A stretch of 64,000 nucleotides of DNA from Candidatus Freyarchaeum deiterrae (GCA_037305845.1 CP147778.1:960001-1024000); one strand, 5' to 3'. Shown: positions 28,779 to 38,933, counted from the stretch's first letter. A program made the numbers and translations. Notes: a model not told the origin generated them from the letters alone.

Positions 28779-30137
28779 TTATTGATTGTTGGGGTGTGCT
28801 AATTCTTTTATTGATTCGCCTTTTGGAGTGTATACTGGGGCTTTGGGTAATTGGTTGAAGCTGTTTCTTAGTGCTAGTTGGTAGGCTCCGACGTCTAGAA
28901 CTGTGAGGATGTCTTCGGATTCTGTTTTGGGTAGTTTTCTTGGTCCGGTGTTGTTTTTTGGCCAAGAGAATGCATCGTTGCTGTCGCAGGTTATTCCTGC
29001 TATATTGTACCATTCTGTGGGTTTTTGGTCGGCTTTGGTAGCGTTAACTATTTCGAAGTATTGCCCTATCCAAACGGCGTCGTTAGTGTCGGTTAGGGCG
29101 CTTCCGTCTGTTATTATCCACTGGTACTGGTTTTGTGGGTTTTTGCGTGTTTCTGCAACTTTTAGTATCAGTATCATTGTGTTAGCGGTTAACCATCTTC
29201 CTGTTTCTGTTATGATTGCGGGTAGCTCGGCTCCGTTTTTTTGGTATACTTGAGTTATTTCTTGTATGATTTTTTGAGCGTATTCTTCGATGGTGTAGTC
29301 GGGGTTCAGGTTTGTCTGGTTTTGTGGTGTTTTGTAGTATTTGACTGCAATTCCTCCGCCTAGGTTAATGTCTTCGATGGGTGTTCCGAGTTCTCTTCCT
29401 ATTCTGATTGCGTGGTTGGATAGTAGGTTTGCGTTTTTTACCAGTTTGCTTAGTTCGGTTATCTGGGTGCCTATATGGGATTGAATGGCTGCTATTTTGA
29501 TTTTCGAATTTTTTAGAAGTTTGATTGCTGACGGTAATTGTTCGGTGTGGATTCCGAATCTTTCTGATCCCAGAGAAAGTTCTGAGTTCTGGAAGTGGCT
29601 GGCTAGATTTAGGGATAAGCCTGCTTTTAATTCGGTGTTTTCTTTTTCACAGAGATTTTTAGCGTACTTGATTTCCTCGATTGAGTTGAAATTCAGTGTT
29701 ACATCTATATCTTTCTGCAGTTCTATTACCGTTTGTATTATGCTTTTGTGTTGTTTGTTTTGGAGCACATGTTTTGAGGCTCCATTGCAGATAATGTAAG
29801 GTACATTCTTTAGTTCTGATAGAGCGTATTTTAATTCGTATATGCTTACTACTTCAATTCCAAATTTTAGGTCTACCAGGGTTTGGGTTACCTGTGGGAG
29901 AGAATTTGCGGCTACAGCGTAGCAGGGTTTGAATCGAGGATAGTTTCTGAATGCCGCTGTAAGTCGTTTAGCGTTTCTTTCAACTTGGTTTAGGCTTAGT
30001 ACATAGATGCGTGTTCCCAGAGTTTCCGCTAGTTTTTGAATGCTGGAATTTTCGAAAAAGAGTTGCTGCCCTTTAAATTTTAGGGGTTCTGCAAAATCTT
30101 CCATGCCAATGTAGTCTTCTGGGTTGAGTGAGGACAT
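28779..30137 (-). CDS. lysA: Diaminopimelate/ornithine decarboxylase-fold protein (LysA-like) lacking the PLP lysine
   Basis: HIGTQI, INLGGG, ETGRWL, GITCDSND, DVGAY retained; YAVAANS in place of YAVKANS. Confidence 0.75.
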   Translation of the reverse strand: MSSLNPEDYIGMEDFAEPLKFKGQQLFFENSSIQKLAETLGTRIYVLSLNQVERNAKRLTAAFRNYPRFKPCYAVAANSLPQVTQTLVDLKFGIEVVSIYELKYALSELKNVPYIICNGASKHVLQNKQHKSIIQTVIELQKDIDVTLNFNSIEEIKYAKNLCEKENTELKAGLSLNLASHFQNSELSLGSERFGIHTEQLPSAIKLLKNSKIKIAAIQSHIGTQITELSKLVKNANLLSNHAIRIGRELGTPIEDINLGGGIAVKYYKTPQNQTNLNPDYTIEEYAQKIIQEITQVYQKNGAELPAIITETGRWLTANTMILILKVAETRKNPQNQYQWIITDGSALTDTNDAVWIGQYFEIVNATKADQKPTEWYNIAGITCDSNDAFSWPKNNTGPRKLPKTESEDILTVLDVGAYQLALRNSFNQLPKAPVYTPKGESIKELAHPNNQ

Positions 30138-30253
30138 TTGCTTGAATCACTCCAAAGATTCTACTGTTAGAGAATATGAATCGAAACTAACTCGTCACTA
30201 TTGAGTTTTTTGGGATGAGTACAAACACGAAAATATTCAATGAGTGGCTTAAT

Positions 30254-31780
30254 TTAAGGTTGGGTTTCGTATGTTCTGATCGCTTCGGGGATTAGGGGTA
30301 TCAGGTCAGTTGCTGTTATGTGGAAACCTTTGTTTTCGACAGCTAAATCTCCAGCTTTTCCGTTGATGAAAGCAGCTGCAACGGCTGCTCTGAAGGGTTC
30401 ACAGCTTTGGGATAAAAAGGCAGCGCAGATTCCGCTTAAAACATCGCCCGTTCCTCCCACAGTCATTCCAGGGTTACCAGTCGTGTTTATTTTTGTTCTT
30501 TCACCGTTGGATATTATGTCCTCATGACCTTTGAGGAGTATGGTGACTCCTAGTTCTTTCGCCCAACTTTCAACTATTTTCATTCGCTCTTCCAGTTTTG
30601 AAGTAGAGGGAATCTTTTCTCCAGTTAGTTGCAAGAATTCCCCCTGATGAGGAGTTAGCACGGTTTTTGAGCCGTACAGTGTTTTGTTATCTTCCCCTAA
30701 GATTTTGATGGCATCCGCGTCCACGAGTAAAGGCAAGTTTCTCTTTTTTACAAGTTGGAAAACTTCGGGAATCGTTTCTCGGGTCTCGTCTTGTAATCCA
30801 AGTCCGGGTCCAACTGCTACCCCAGTCGCCCAGTCTTGAATTAAATCGCTTATAAGGGGTAGAGCTTCCCTGTTTAACACTCCACCTGGAAATTCTCTCA
30901 CGATCAAATCGGGGGAGTATCCTCTAACCACCGAAGCTATTTTTGAAGGGGTTGTTACAATTACTAGATCCACGCCGGTTCTGAACGCGGAAAGGGCGAC
31001 AAAGGTTGGCGCACCGGAATAGTACTCGCTTCCACCGATTACAAGGACTTTACCAAAATCTCCCTTGTGTGAGTAAGGGTCTCTTTTTTTAATTGCGGAT
31101 TTTACGTCGCCCGGACCTGCTATAATTTCCGCCTCAGGCGGTATACCTATCGGCCATACTTCAAGTTCTCCGGTACAATCCTTATTCAACAGTCCTGGTT
31201 TCGCTTTGTGAAATGTTACTGTAACATCAGCCTTAACCACTTTATCATGAATTTGGCCGCTGTCTGGATCCAACCCTGAGGGTAGATCTACCGCTACTTT
31301 AAATGCGTTTGAAGTGTTGAACAGGTCGATGGCTGTAGATAGTGGTTCCTGAATTTTTCCGATAATTCCAGTTCCCAGTATTGCGTCAATTACTACATCA
31401 GCGTTTTTGATGGAGTCTCTAATTTTTTTCAAGTCTGAAGAGTCTTTAATCAGAGTTTTCTCTATTGATAGTATCATTTTTTCCAAGGCGTTCCAGTTTT
31501 GCCTAGACTCAGGAGTACGAATTCTACTAGGGTCGCCTAGCAGAACTAAATGTACTTTGGCTCCGAGTGAGGCTAGGTGTCTTGCGGCGACAAAGCCATC
31601 TCCACCGTTATTTCCGGTTCCTGAGAGGATAACGATGCTTGTTCCATCCACTTTTCTTCTTTTTAGTATATTCTCTGCTATTCCTCTTCCGGCGTTTTCC
31701 ATTAAGAGCGCTCGGGGGATTCCCAAGTATTCCGAATTTTCATCGGCAATTCTCATATCTTCAGCGGATATAGTTTCCAA
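30254..31780 (-). CDS. nnr: Bifunctional NAD(P)H-hydrate epimerase/dehydratase
   Basis: LMENAG, GNNGGDG, DAILGTG, DLPSG, HKGDFG, GPGLG, DADA, TPHQGEF, GGTGDVLSG; TTG start chosen from its GGAGG SD (the ORF extends to 31840). Confidence 0.95.
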   Translation of the reverse strand: METISAEDMRIADENSEYLGIPRALLMENAGRGIAENILKRRKVDGTSIVILSGTGNNGGDGFVAARHLASLGAKVHLVLLGDPSRIRTPESRQNWNALEKMILSIEKTLIKDSSDLKKIRDSIKNADVVIDAILGTGIIGKIQEPLSTAIDLFNTSNAFKVAVDLPSGLDPDSGQIHDKVVKADVTVTFHKAKPGLLNKDCTGELEVWPIGIPPEAEIIAGPGDVKSAIKKRDPYSHKGDFGKVLVIGGSEYYSGAPTFVALSAFRTGVDLVIVTTPSKIASVVRGYSPDLIVREFPGGVLNREALPLISDLIQDWATGVAVGPGLGLQDETRETIPEVFQLVKKRNLPLLVDADAIKILGEDNKTLYGSKTVLTPHQGEFLQLTGEKIPSTSKLEERMKIVESWAKELGVTILLKGHEDIISNGERTKINTTGNPGMTVGGTGDVLSGICAAFLSQSCEPFRAAVAAAFINGKAGDLAVENKGFHITATDLIPLIPEAIRTYETQP

Positions 31781-31873
31781 ACTCCATGCCTCCGCCACTT
31801 TATAAGGAAACATTTTTTTAATCTTCGTTACAGTACTCAAAAGCTTTTTATTCTTTAAAGGTATTTTTCCATT

Positions 31874-32497
31874 ATGCCACCGAATGTATCGTTAGCGTTA
31901 AAGAAGGTAAAAGCGGGTATTAGAACCCCCAAGTTTGATTGCCAGCAATGCGGAACATGCTGTGTAAAGTATGTTATATGCGTAACTCATAAAGACGCTT
32001 TTCGAATATCAAAACAAACCGGATTAGATCCTCATGAATTCCTAAATTGCACAATCCCTGAAAAAGGAGTGGAAGAATCATTTAAGGGTGTTCCGAGATT
32101 CATGGGACAAGATGAAAAAAAGTGGATACTGTGCATTAAAGAAAATGAGAAGACTAGCGGTTGTATGTTTAACAGTTCTGGACCCTGTGGGATTTATCCA
32201 GCCCGACCGTATGTATGCCACGCGTTTCCCTTTCTTTGGAGAAGGGACAACGATACAGATGTATTCACGTTTAACAAGGACTCTGTGGAGTTTTGCAAGG
32301 GTTTGAAAGGAAAGGTGAACAAATACCCCTTTGATGCAGTAGCCAAGGATATGAGAATATCAGAAAAAGAGGACAAGGAATACGCTCAAATTTGTAAGGA
32401 ATGGAACGACCGCGTGGAAAAGAAAGAAATAGAGTCTCCTTCATTAGAATCGTTCATCGACTTTATTATGAAAAAAGCGTCAGATGAAGGAAATTGA
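31874..32497 (+). CDS. YkgJ-family (CxxCxxCC) Fe-S/Zn cluster protein
   Basis: FDCQQCGTCC, CMF, CGIYPARPYVCHAFPF, CKGL. Confidence 0.9.
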   Translation: MPPNVSLALKKVKAGIRTPKFDCQQCGTCCVKYVICVTHKDAFRISKQTGLDPHEFLNCTIPEKGVEESFKGVPRFMGQDEKKWILCIKENEKTSGCMFNSSGPCGIYPARPYVCHAFPFLWRRDNDTDVFTFNKDSVEFCKGLKGKVNKYPFDAVAKDMRISEKEDKEYAQICKEWNDRVEKKEIESPSLESFIDFIMKKASDEGN

Positions 32498-33357
32498 CCT
32501 ATAGAGAATTATACCTCACCCCTCAGAACGTATTCTTGGGAAGGACAACACTCTACAAGGAAGCAAAATTTGCACTATTCGGAGTTCCCTTCGACGGAAC
32601 TTCCTCTTATTTGCCCGGCGCGCGATTTGCCCCCTCAGCCATTAGAGAGGCTTCCCGTAATTTGGAATCATTCAGTCTAAGAAGTCTTAAGGATGCAGAG
32701 GACGCAAAATTCTGTGACCTAGGAGACATCGACGTGATTCAAGGGGATGTCCACCAGACACTTGACAGAGTGGAAAAGATAGTAGCGGAATTAAACCATG
32801 ACAACAAAACGACCATAATGCTGGGTGGCGAACACACCATGACGCTGGGGGTTGTAAGAGGATTGGGGAAAGATGTGGGAATAATAGATTTTGACGCTCA
32901 TATGGATTTAATAAGCGGATATTTGGACCAGCAATTAAGTCACGCAACATTCATGAGGAAGATATTGGACGAGGGCTCAGAAATTCTTCAAGTAGGAGTA
33001 AGATCAATTAACAGAAAAGAATACGAATTTGCCACTCAAAAAAATTGGAATTATGTAACATCTCTCGAAATTCAAAAAGAAGGAGTGAAGAAAGCTCTGG
33101 ATAAGATAAAGGAGTTTCAATCAGAAAGAGACCGCATCTACCTAACCATAGATATGGACGTCCTTGACCCCGCTTACGCACCCAGTGTGGGAAATCCGGA
33201 GCCAGGAGGACTAACTTCATCCCAGTTACTTGATTTACTAGAAGTCTGCGACAAAATTGTAGGATTCGATGTAGTAGAAGTAACACATGGAGAACGAATC
33301 ACCGCTATTACCGCGGCGAAAATAATTTTGGAATTATTATGCTTGACCAAAGTCTAA
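32494..33357 (+). CDS. speB: Agmatinase
   Basis: GVPFDGTSS, GARFAP, GGEH, DAHMD, SHAT, DMDVLDPAYAP, PEPGG, DVVEV. Confidence 0.93.
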   Translation: MTYRELYLTPQNVFLGRTTLYKEAKFALFGVPFDGTSSYLPGARFAPSAIREASRNLESFSLRSLKDAEDAKFCDLGDIDVIQGDVHQTLDRVEKIVAELNHDNKTTIMLGGEHTMTLGVVRGLGKDVGIIDFDAHMDLISGYLDQQLSHATFMRKILDEGSEILQVGVRSINRKEYEFATQKNWNYVTSLEIQKEGVKKALDKIKEFQSERDRIYLTIDMDVLDPAYAPSVGNPEPGGLTSSQLLDLLEVCDKIVGFDVVEVTHGERITAITAAKIILELLCLTKV

Positions 33358-33400
33358 ATACTGCCCAGAGCCTAATCCAAAATAAGCAGCCTGATTTATT

Positions 33401-34192
33401 TTATGTCTCAATTTCTTCCAGAGGCTTCATAAACCCAACATCTTTGTGCCTTATATAAACTCGAGGTAAATTGACCTTTTTTGCCAACCCTAGAAGAAGT
33501 TCAACGCTGGGCGACTTTAATTTTTTGAATTCATCACTAAAAGCATTAGCCGGCTCAAATTGTTGCAGGGTGTAGCTCGCCTCTCTCTTCTCCACTTTAG
33601 GGATATATCCGAGATCCCTCAAAACATCTCCTATATTCTCATAGTACCTCTCTTCGCCGTTCAACGTAGGAATAACAGAAGTTCTCAAATCCGCGTAGCA
33701 ATGACTCCCGAATACAATCTTTATGGTCTGTATCAGATTTTCAATTATCTTCTCTCCGTCGTCTAATCCCGTTAATTTGCTATACAGCTCAGGATTATTA
33801 AACGGGGCCTTAACATCTATGGAAACCAAGGCGGTCTTACTTACAAGTTCCTTTACACTTTCAGGGAAAAATCCGTTAGTATCAAATCCGAAAGAGAGAC
33901 CCTTCTTTTCACAATAATTAGCAATTTCCATAAGAAATTCAGGATAAAGGGTCGGCTCCCCACCAGAAACCTTAACCGCTTCAATAAAAGAACTAGCCTT
34001 TTCGATTCTTTCAAAAACCCTAGATAACTCAACCTCCCGATCCGAGGTCGCTTCCATCATCCGCCAATTGTGACACATAGGACACTGAAACCGGCAGCCC
34101 GCAACGAAAACAACCATAGCCGGCTTCTGAGGATAATCAATAGTGCTAAAATCCAAGATCCCATAAACATACGCTTTCACAGAAACCACCAA
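33401..34192 (-). CDS. Radical SAM activase (anaerobic RNR/PFL-activating enzyme family)
   Basis: STIDYP, GCRFQCPMCHN (CxxxCxxC), SGGEPTL, DTNG, DVKAP, LQQF. Confidence 0.9.
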   Translation of the reverse strand: MVVSVKAYVYGILDFSTIDYPQKPAMVVFVAGCRFQCPMCHNWRMMEATSDREVELSRVFERIEKASSFIEAVKVSGGEPTLYPEFLMEIANYCEKKGLSFGFDTNGFFPESVKELVSKTALVSIDVKAPFNNPELYSKLTGLDDGEKIIENLIQTIKIVFGSHCYADLRTSVIPTLNGEERYYENIGDVLRDLGYIPKVEKREASYTLQQFEPANAFSDEFKKLKSPSVELLLGLAKKVNLPRVYIRHKDVGFMKPLEEIET

Positions 34193-34317
34193 TAGGAGTC
34201 ATAATAGAAAAATTCTTTAATAACATAAAACATTTCATAACAACTAATCTAAACCAAGTATTTAAATATAATATATTTATTCCCGTTCTTTGAAAATGAG
34301 CAAAAGGGGCTCTAAAT

Positions 34318-34743
34318 ATGGAAAAGCGTGAAAATCCATACCAAGAAACGCAGTTCACAACAATAAACTCAAAGAATCGAATTGCACTCCCCCAAAAAAT
34401 TTGTGAAATGCTAGATATCAAAGAAGGCACCCGATTTCTAGTAATACCAGATAAATCAAAATCCAGAATCACACTCTACCCAATAATTCTTGGAAAAGAG
34501 AAATTCGCCGAGCTACACATGAAGCTAAGGAACATCCCAGGAGTTTTAGGTAAAGTGGCAACCGAGCTAGGAAAAATGAACATCAACATCGAATCCAGCA
34601 TAGTCCCTCCAAGTGCTGAGAAAATAAGTGATTTTTACGCAGTAATCAACTTTGCACAATGCAAACTCTCAATAGTAGAAGCAGAAGAAAAACTCAGAAA
34701 ACTCGAAAACATCATCGAAGCCGAAATTATACCAATCGAATAA
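34318..34743 (+). CDS. AbrB-domain plus ACT-domain regulator
   Basis: INSKNRIALPQKICEMLDIKEG (AbrB); NIPGVLGKVATELGKMNINI (ACT). Confidence 0.85.
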   Translation: MEKRENPYQETQFTTINSKNRIALPQKICEMLDIKEGTRFLVIPDKSKSRITLYPIILGKEKFAELHMKLRNIPGVLGKVATELGKMNINIESSIVPPSAEKISDFYAVINFAQCKLSIVEAEEKLRKLENIIEAEIIPIE

Positions 34744-34840
34744 ATAAAAAACGGGAAACCTTGAAAAACAGGAAAAAAGTTTTATTCATTCAATAGGGCT
34801 AATTCAAAAAACTGAACCAATTTTTTCAGATTATTTATCG

Positions 34841-35581
34841 GTGGTATTATTATTGAAATCAAGCAAACGCAAGCATGAGGACGATGAGCTTGTCCCAATC
34901 ATCCCAAGCGAATTCGAGACAGTTCAGGGCATAGAACATAGGAACACGGGGATACTTTTGGGCTTTGGGATTACTGCGTTGGCTTTGATTATTTCTTTTT
35001 TGTTTGCTTATCGTTATTCCGTTTTGGATTCGACTATGATTATTACTGCGTTGGCTTCTTCTATTTCGTTTTTTGTTTTTTCACTTAGGACGCGTATTCT
35101 TGCTCTTTATCTTACTCATCATGAGTCGATAACCAAAGATAAAACCTTCTTAAAGGATATTTGGAGGTTGACTTTACGTGCGGATGCTTCTAATGAGGTG
35201 GGGTTGGCTTTGATTTTGGTTGGTATTTTTCTTTTTCTGATGATTATTGAGTTGGTGATTCCTGCTGTTGTTATGATGATAATTTTGAATCTTCTTTTCG
35301 GTAGGTGGAGTTTTCAGAGGATGGAGGTGGGTGTGAAGGAGAGGTTTAAGGCTATGCCGCATACTAGGGCTTTGATATCTAGGTTTAGGAATTTCGCTAG
35401 GTTTATGATTGTGTTTACGAGAGTCTGGATTCCGGTCTTTATGACGACGTATTATCTGGTTGCGCAGTATTCGGAAATTTTTCCTGCGGATAGTTTTTAC
35501 TGGGTCTTATTATTTTTGGGTGGGGTAGTTCTCTCGGTTGTTTATGTTTTTAGGACGGAGGAACAAGTTTCAATCATATGA
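34841..35581 (+). CDS. Hypothetical membrane protein (about 6 TM)
   Basis: Multiple hydrophobic segments. Confidence 0.7.
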   Translation: MVLLLKSSKRKHEDDELVPIIPSEFETVQGIEHRNTGILLGFGITALALIISFLFAYRYSVLDSTMIITALASSISFFVFSLRTRILALYLTHHESITKDKTFLKDIWRLTLRADASNEVGLALILVGIFLFLMIIELVIPAVVMMIILNLLFGRWSFQRMEVGVKERFKAMPHTRALISRFRNFARFMIVFTRVWIPVFMTTYYLVAQYSEIFPADSFYWVLLFLGGVVLSVVYVFRTEEQVSII

Positions 35582-35739
35582 ATTTTCTCTCAAAAGACGG
35601 GTTTTCCTTCTTCTTTTGTTGTTTGAATATTTTTACTTGCTTGGGCTTCTTTGTTGTTGATGGAGGATTCTTTTGTGGGATGGTTATGGTGTGAATGGGA
35701 AAAAATGGTTATTTTTGATGGATTTTTTTTGGGTGGGTT

Positions 35740-36399
35740 TTATTTTTTGGGTTTGTTGGATGTTAATTCTGTGTTTTGTAGTACTTTGAGTGTTTTCGTG
35801 TGGTTGCCGCCGTGGTTAATGAATTTTTTTATGTCTTCGATTTCGTCTAAGTCGAGGGTTACTCTTGGTGAATTGTAGATTTTTGGTTCTATGTTTATTT
35901 TTCGGGATTCGTCGAGGTGTTTTTGGAAGCTGTTTTTTCCGAATTTTGGTTCTATGATTTTGGGTGGGGTTCTGTAGAGGATGTTTGTTCCTCCGGTTAG
36001 TGAGGGTGAGAGGATTACGGTGGGTTTTGTTTTTCCTCTAGTGATTATTGTGTCGATGTCTTGGGGTTTGATTAGGGGTAGGTCGGCTGGGATGACGAGT
36101 GTGGCTTCAGCGTTCATCTTTGTTGTGCTGTATTCGGTGGCTTCTGTTATTGCTTGGTTTATTCCTCGGGGTTTATCCTCGGGTAGTAGTGTGGCGTTTT
36201 TTGGGATGATGCTTTCTATTTCTCTGTCGGAAGTTATCACGATAAGGTGATTTGCCCTTTTGGATGAGGATACTGCTAGGATCACGTCGGAAAGCATGGC
36301 TGTTACTAAACGTTTCCTTAGGTCGTCTGAGATTTCGTTTGCTAGGCGTGATTTGGATTCCGCCAGACCTTTGAAAGGAATTATAACGTTTACGTTCAA
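35740..36399 (-). CDS. cofC: 2-phospho-L-lactate/PEP guanylyltransferase
   Basis: IIPFK...KSRL, AMLSDV, PADLPL, GGTN, FGKNSF..H, DLDEIED. Confidence 0.93.
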   Translation of the reverse strand: MNVNVIIPFKGLAESKSRLANEISDDLRKRLVTAMLSDVILAVSSSKRANHLIVITSDREIESIIPKNATLLPEDKPRGINQAITEATEYSTTKMNAEATLVIPADLPLIKPQDIDTIITRGKTKPTVILSPSLTGGTNILYRTPPKIIEPKFGKNSFQKHLDESRKINIEPKIYNSPRVTLDLDEIEDIKKFINHGGNHTKTLKVLQNTELTSNKPKK

Positions 36400-36458
36400 T
36401 GTTTTTCCTCTGGGAGGGATTTCTGTGTATAGCTTATTTATATTGCCTACCTAATATT

Positions 36459-37238
36459 TTATGCCTTATTTTTTTTTAGGGCGTTCTCAACTTCTAGTGC
36501 GAGTTTTCCAACCATTTTGGGGTCGCTGAGTGTGTGTCTCGCGACCGAGACTGCTTGTGCTCCTGCTTTGAGCATTTTTAGAGCTTTATCTACGCTGTTG
36601 ACAGAGTTGTTGCCGATTAAGAATGTTTTACTTTTCTTTGATACTCGTCTGATGGTCTCCAAATCTGCTTGGGGATAACCGGGTTTCATAGCATCGATGT
36701 GGAGAGCGTCAACTCCAAGGGATTCCAGAATTTTTGCTAGTGATACATCGTCTACCACATTCGCCCGCCACTTTACGATTAGTGGAATCTTCAATATTCC
36801 TTTCAAACTTTTTATCCATTCTATGAGTTTTTCAGGATTGAAGAGTAGAGCTTCGCCTCCGCCCACCTGTGTGATTTCCGGTTGTCTGCAATGAGCATTT
36901 AGTTCGAAAGCTTCTGCTCCACTGTTTTGTACAATTTCTACCGCCTTTAGCAACCCTTTCTGGGTAGCCGCCCTAACATTCACTGCTACAGGGGTGGTTC
37001 CTTTTTTTGCTATTGCTACCTCTTGAATCAGAAAATTTTCCAGATTACCTAACTCCACGTTAAACTCGCTTCTTCCACTGGCTTTTATTTTGAGCCCTGC
37101 GCTAATTGTTGGAATGTCGAAGTTTATGCCGCCTATTGTAACCATTCCCGCTCCCGCTTTAGCCGCTTCAAAACAGAATTTGCCATCGCAGATACCAGCC
37201 ATTGCAGCTAAAATTACAGGGTTTCTAATGCTTATCAT
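36459..37238 (-). CDS. MJ0144-type dihydrouridine-synthase-like FMN TIM-barrel oxidoreductase
   Basis: LAAMAGICDG, ELNAHCRQPE, GEALL, LHIDAM, IGNNSV, VSVAR. Confidence 0.85.
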   Translation of the reverse strand: MISIRNPVILAAMAGICDGKFCFEAAKAGAGMVTIGGINFDIPTISAGLKIKASGRSEFNVELGNLENFLIQEVAIAKKGTTPVAVNVRAATQKGLLKAVEIVQNSGAEAFELNAHCRQPEITQVGGGEALLFNPEKLIEWIKSLKGILKIPLIVKWRANVVDDVSLAKILESLGVDALHIDAMKPGYPQADLETIRRVSKKSKTFLIGNNSVNSVDKALKMLKAGAQAVSVARHTLSDPKMVGKLALEVENALKKNKA

Positions 37239-38179
37239 TTTTCAGCCCCTAATCTTTTTATTACAAGCTTAGCGAGATTCACTTTATCATTTTCATTCTT
37301 CATAATAATATTAGCGCAAAAAACTCTGATACCTAGCGCCCTGATTCTTTCAGTAAGAGCCTCATCACAGTTATCTATGAAAATTTCATCTATGAGCCCT
37401 TGATAAACAAGGGCGACACCGAAGGAGGATACTTCTACGCCTATTCCGCTCAATAGATTCCCAGCCGGTCCACTAATTGGTTCACTTCCCACTATGGGGC
37501 TGATGCAAATTCTCTTAACTTCAGTGCCTTCCAAGGCTTTCCTTATACCGGGTACACCAAGAATTGGATTTATACTGGTGACTGGATTGCTGGGACCGAT
37601 TATTATCCCATCGGCTTTGTTTATTGATTCGGTTACCCCTGGAGCCGGTTTCGCTTTTTTTATTCCCCTGAAATTTACGCCTAAGACCTTATCTTTCCCT
37701 TTTCTCTTTACCCAGAATTCTTGGAAGGGAAGGGTTCCTTTGTCTGTTTTTACAAAGGTGCTAATTTTTTCATTGGACATGGGTAGAATTTTCACTTTTA
37801 TATTGAATGCGCGGCATAGGGAAGCAGCGACTTCGGTGAGGTTGTGCCCTCTCTTAAGTAGCATAGTTCTGTGGAAATGGGTCGCTAGGTCTCGGTCTCC
37901 TACTGAAAACCAATCTTCATATCCGTATCTTTTAATCATATTTAGGAAGTGGAAGGTGTCTTCTTTGATTCCCCAGAACTTGTTTTCGTCGAGGAGACCT
38001 GCCAGAAGGTAGACAGCCGTGTCTAGATCCGGGCTGACGTATAGACCCAGCCATTCAAAGTCGTCAGCCGTGTTAACTATAATTGTTAATTCTTCAGGTT
38101 TTAAGAGAGTAAGGAGTCCCTGAACGAGTTTAAGACTGCCTGTTCCCCCGGACAGTACGGTTATCATTGTTTCACTCAC
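37235..38179 (-). CDS. cofD: 2-phospho-L-lactate transferase
   Basis: SGGTG, VNTADD, SPDLDT, GDRDLATH, FQEFWV, GPSNPVTSI, SGPAG. Confidence 0.95.
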   Translation of the reverse strand: MSETMITVLSGGTGSLKLVQGLLTLLKPEELTIIVNTADDFEWLGLYVSPDLDTAVYLLAGLLDENKFWGIKEDTFHFLNMIKRYGYEDWFSVGDRDLATHFHRTMLLKRGHNLTEVAASLCRAFNIKVKILPMSNEKISTFVKTDKGTLPFQEFWVKRKGKDKVLGVNFRGIKKAKPAPGVTESINKADGIIIGPSNPVTSINPILGVPGIRKALEGTEVKRICISPIVGSEPISGPAGNLLSGIGVEVSSFGVALVYQGLIDEIFIDNCDEALTERIRALGIRVFCANIIMKNENDKVNLAKLVIKRLGAEK

Positions 38180-38186
38180 TCTCTGT

Positions 38187-38933
38187 TTATCGGAACATGT
38201 CCTTTTCGGACCGTCTCATTAAATCGTTAACAGTTCCTTCTCCCTCAATATAGTTGAATCCTCTTATTATGACGACGGGAATTCCTTCGTTAGCCTCTCC
38301 CATTATGAGCTCCGCGGCTGAAGCCAGTTCATCTGCTATGCCAACTATTGTGGATTTTAACACGTAACCGAATAAATCCACATCGCCACGTCTATCCCAC
38401 AGAGGCTTCATTCCAGACACACCCAAAGCAACATTTATCGCGCCCTCTCTGAAGGGTCTACCGTGAGTGTCTGAAATTATTACCGCAACCTTGACTCCAG
38501 TCAACTTTTCCAATTCAGTCCTTATTTCTCTAGCTGATTTCACTGAATCCTTGGGCAGAAGAGTGACGAAATTCTCACCGGGCATGTTTGATTTGTCTAC
38601 TCCAGAGTTTGCGCAAATATAACCATGCTTGGTTTCTGTGATAATAGCGTACTCCATTCTAATGATTTGTCTTGCTTCCCTAAAAATAACCTCGACTTGG
38701 CGGGGATCCTTTTCGAACCGTTCACCAGTTCGTATAGCCAGATCTGAGGGAACCACTGTATTGAGATTGACTATGCTGCCCTCTGCTCTAGAAACTATGG
38801 TTTGGGCGATGACGAAAACATCCTTGTTTTGAATTTCTATTCCTTGAGCCTCAGCGGCTTCTACAATTAATTTTGGAACGTTGTCCCCTTCCTGAACTAT
38901 AGGAATTTCTTTAATGCCCATTATTTGAATCAT
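38187..38933 (-). CDS. cofE: Coenzyme F420-0:L-glutamate ligase (single domain)
   Basis: IVSRAEG, ANSGVDKSN, ISDTHGRPFREG, DELASAAELIMGE, DMFR. Confidence 0.95.
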   Translation of the reverse strand: MIQIMGIKEIPIVQEGDNVPKLIVEAAEAQGIEIQNKDVFVIAQTIVSRAEGSIVNLNTVVPSDLAIRTGERFEKDPRQVEVIFREARQIIRMEYAIITETKHGYICANSGVDKSNMPGENFVTLLPKDSVKSAREIRTELEKLTGVKVAVIISDTHGRPFREGAINVALGVSGMKPLWDRRGDVDLFGYVLKSTIVGIADELASAAELIMGEANEGIPVVIIRGFNYIEGEGTVNDLMRRSEKDMFR

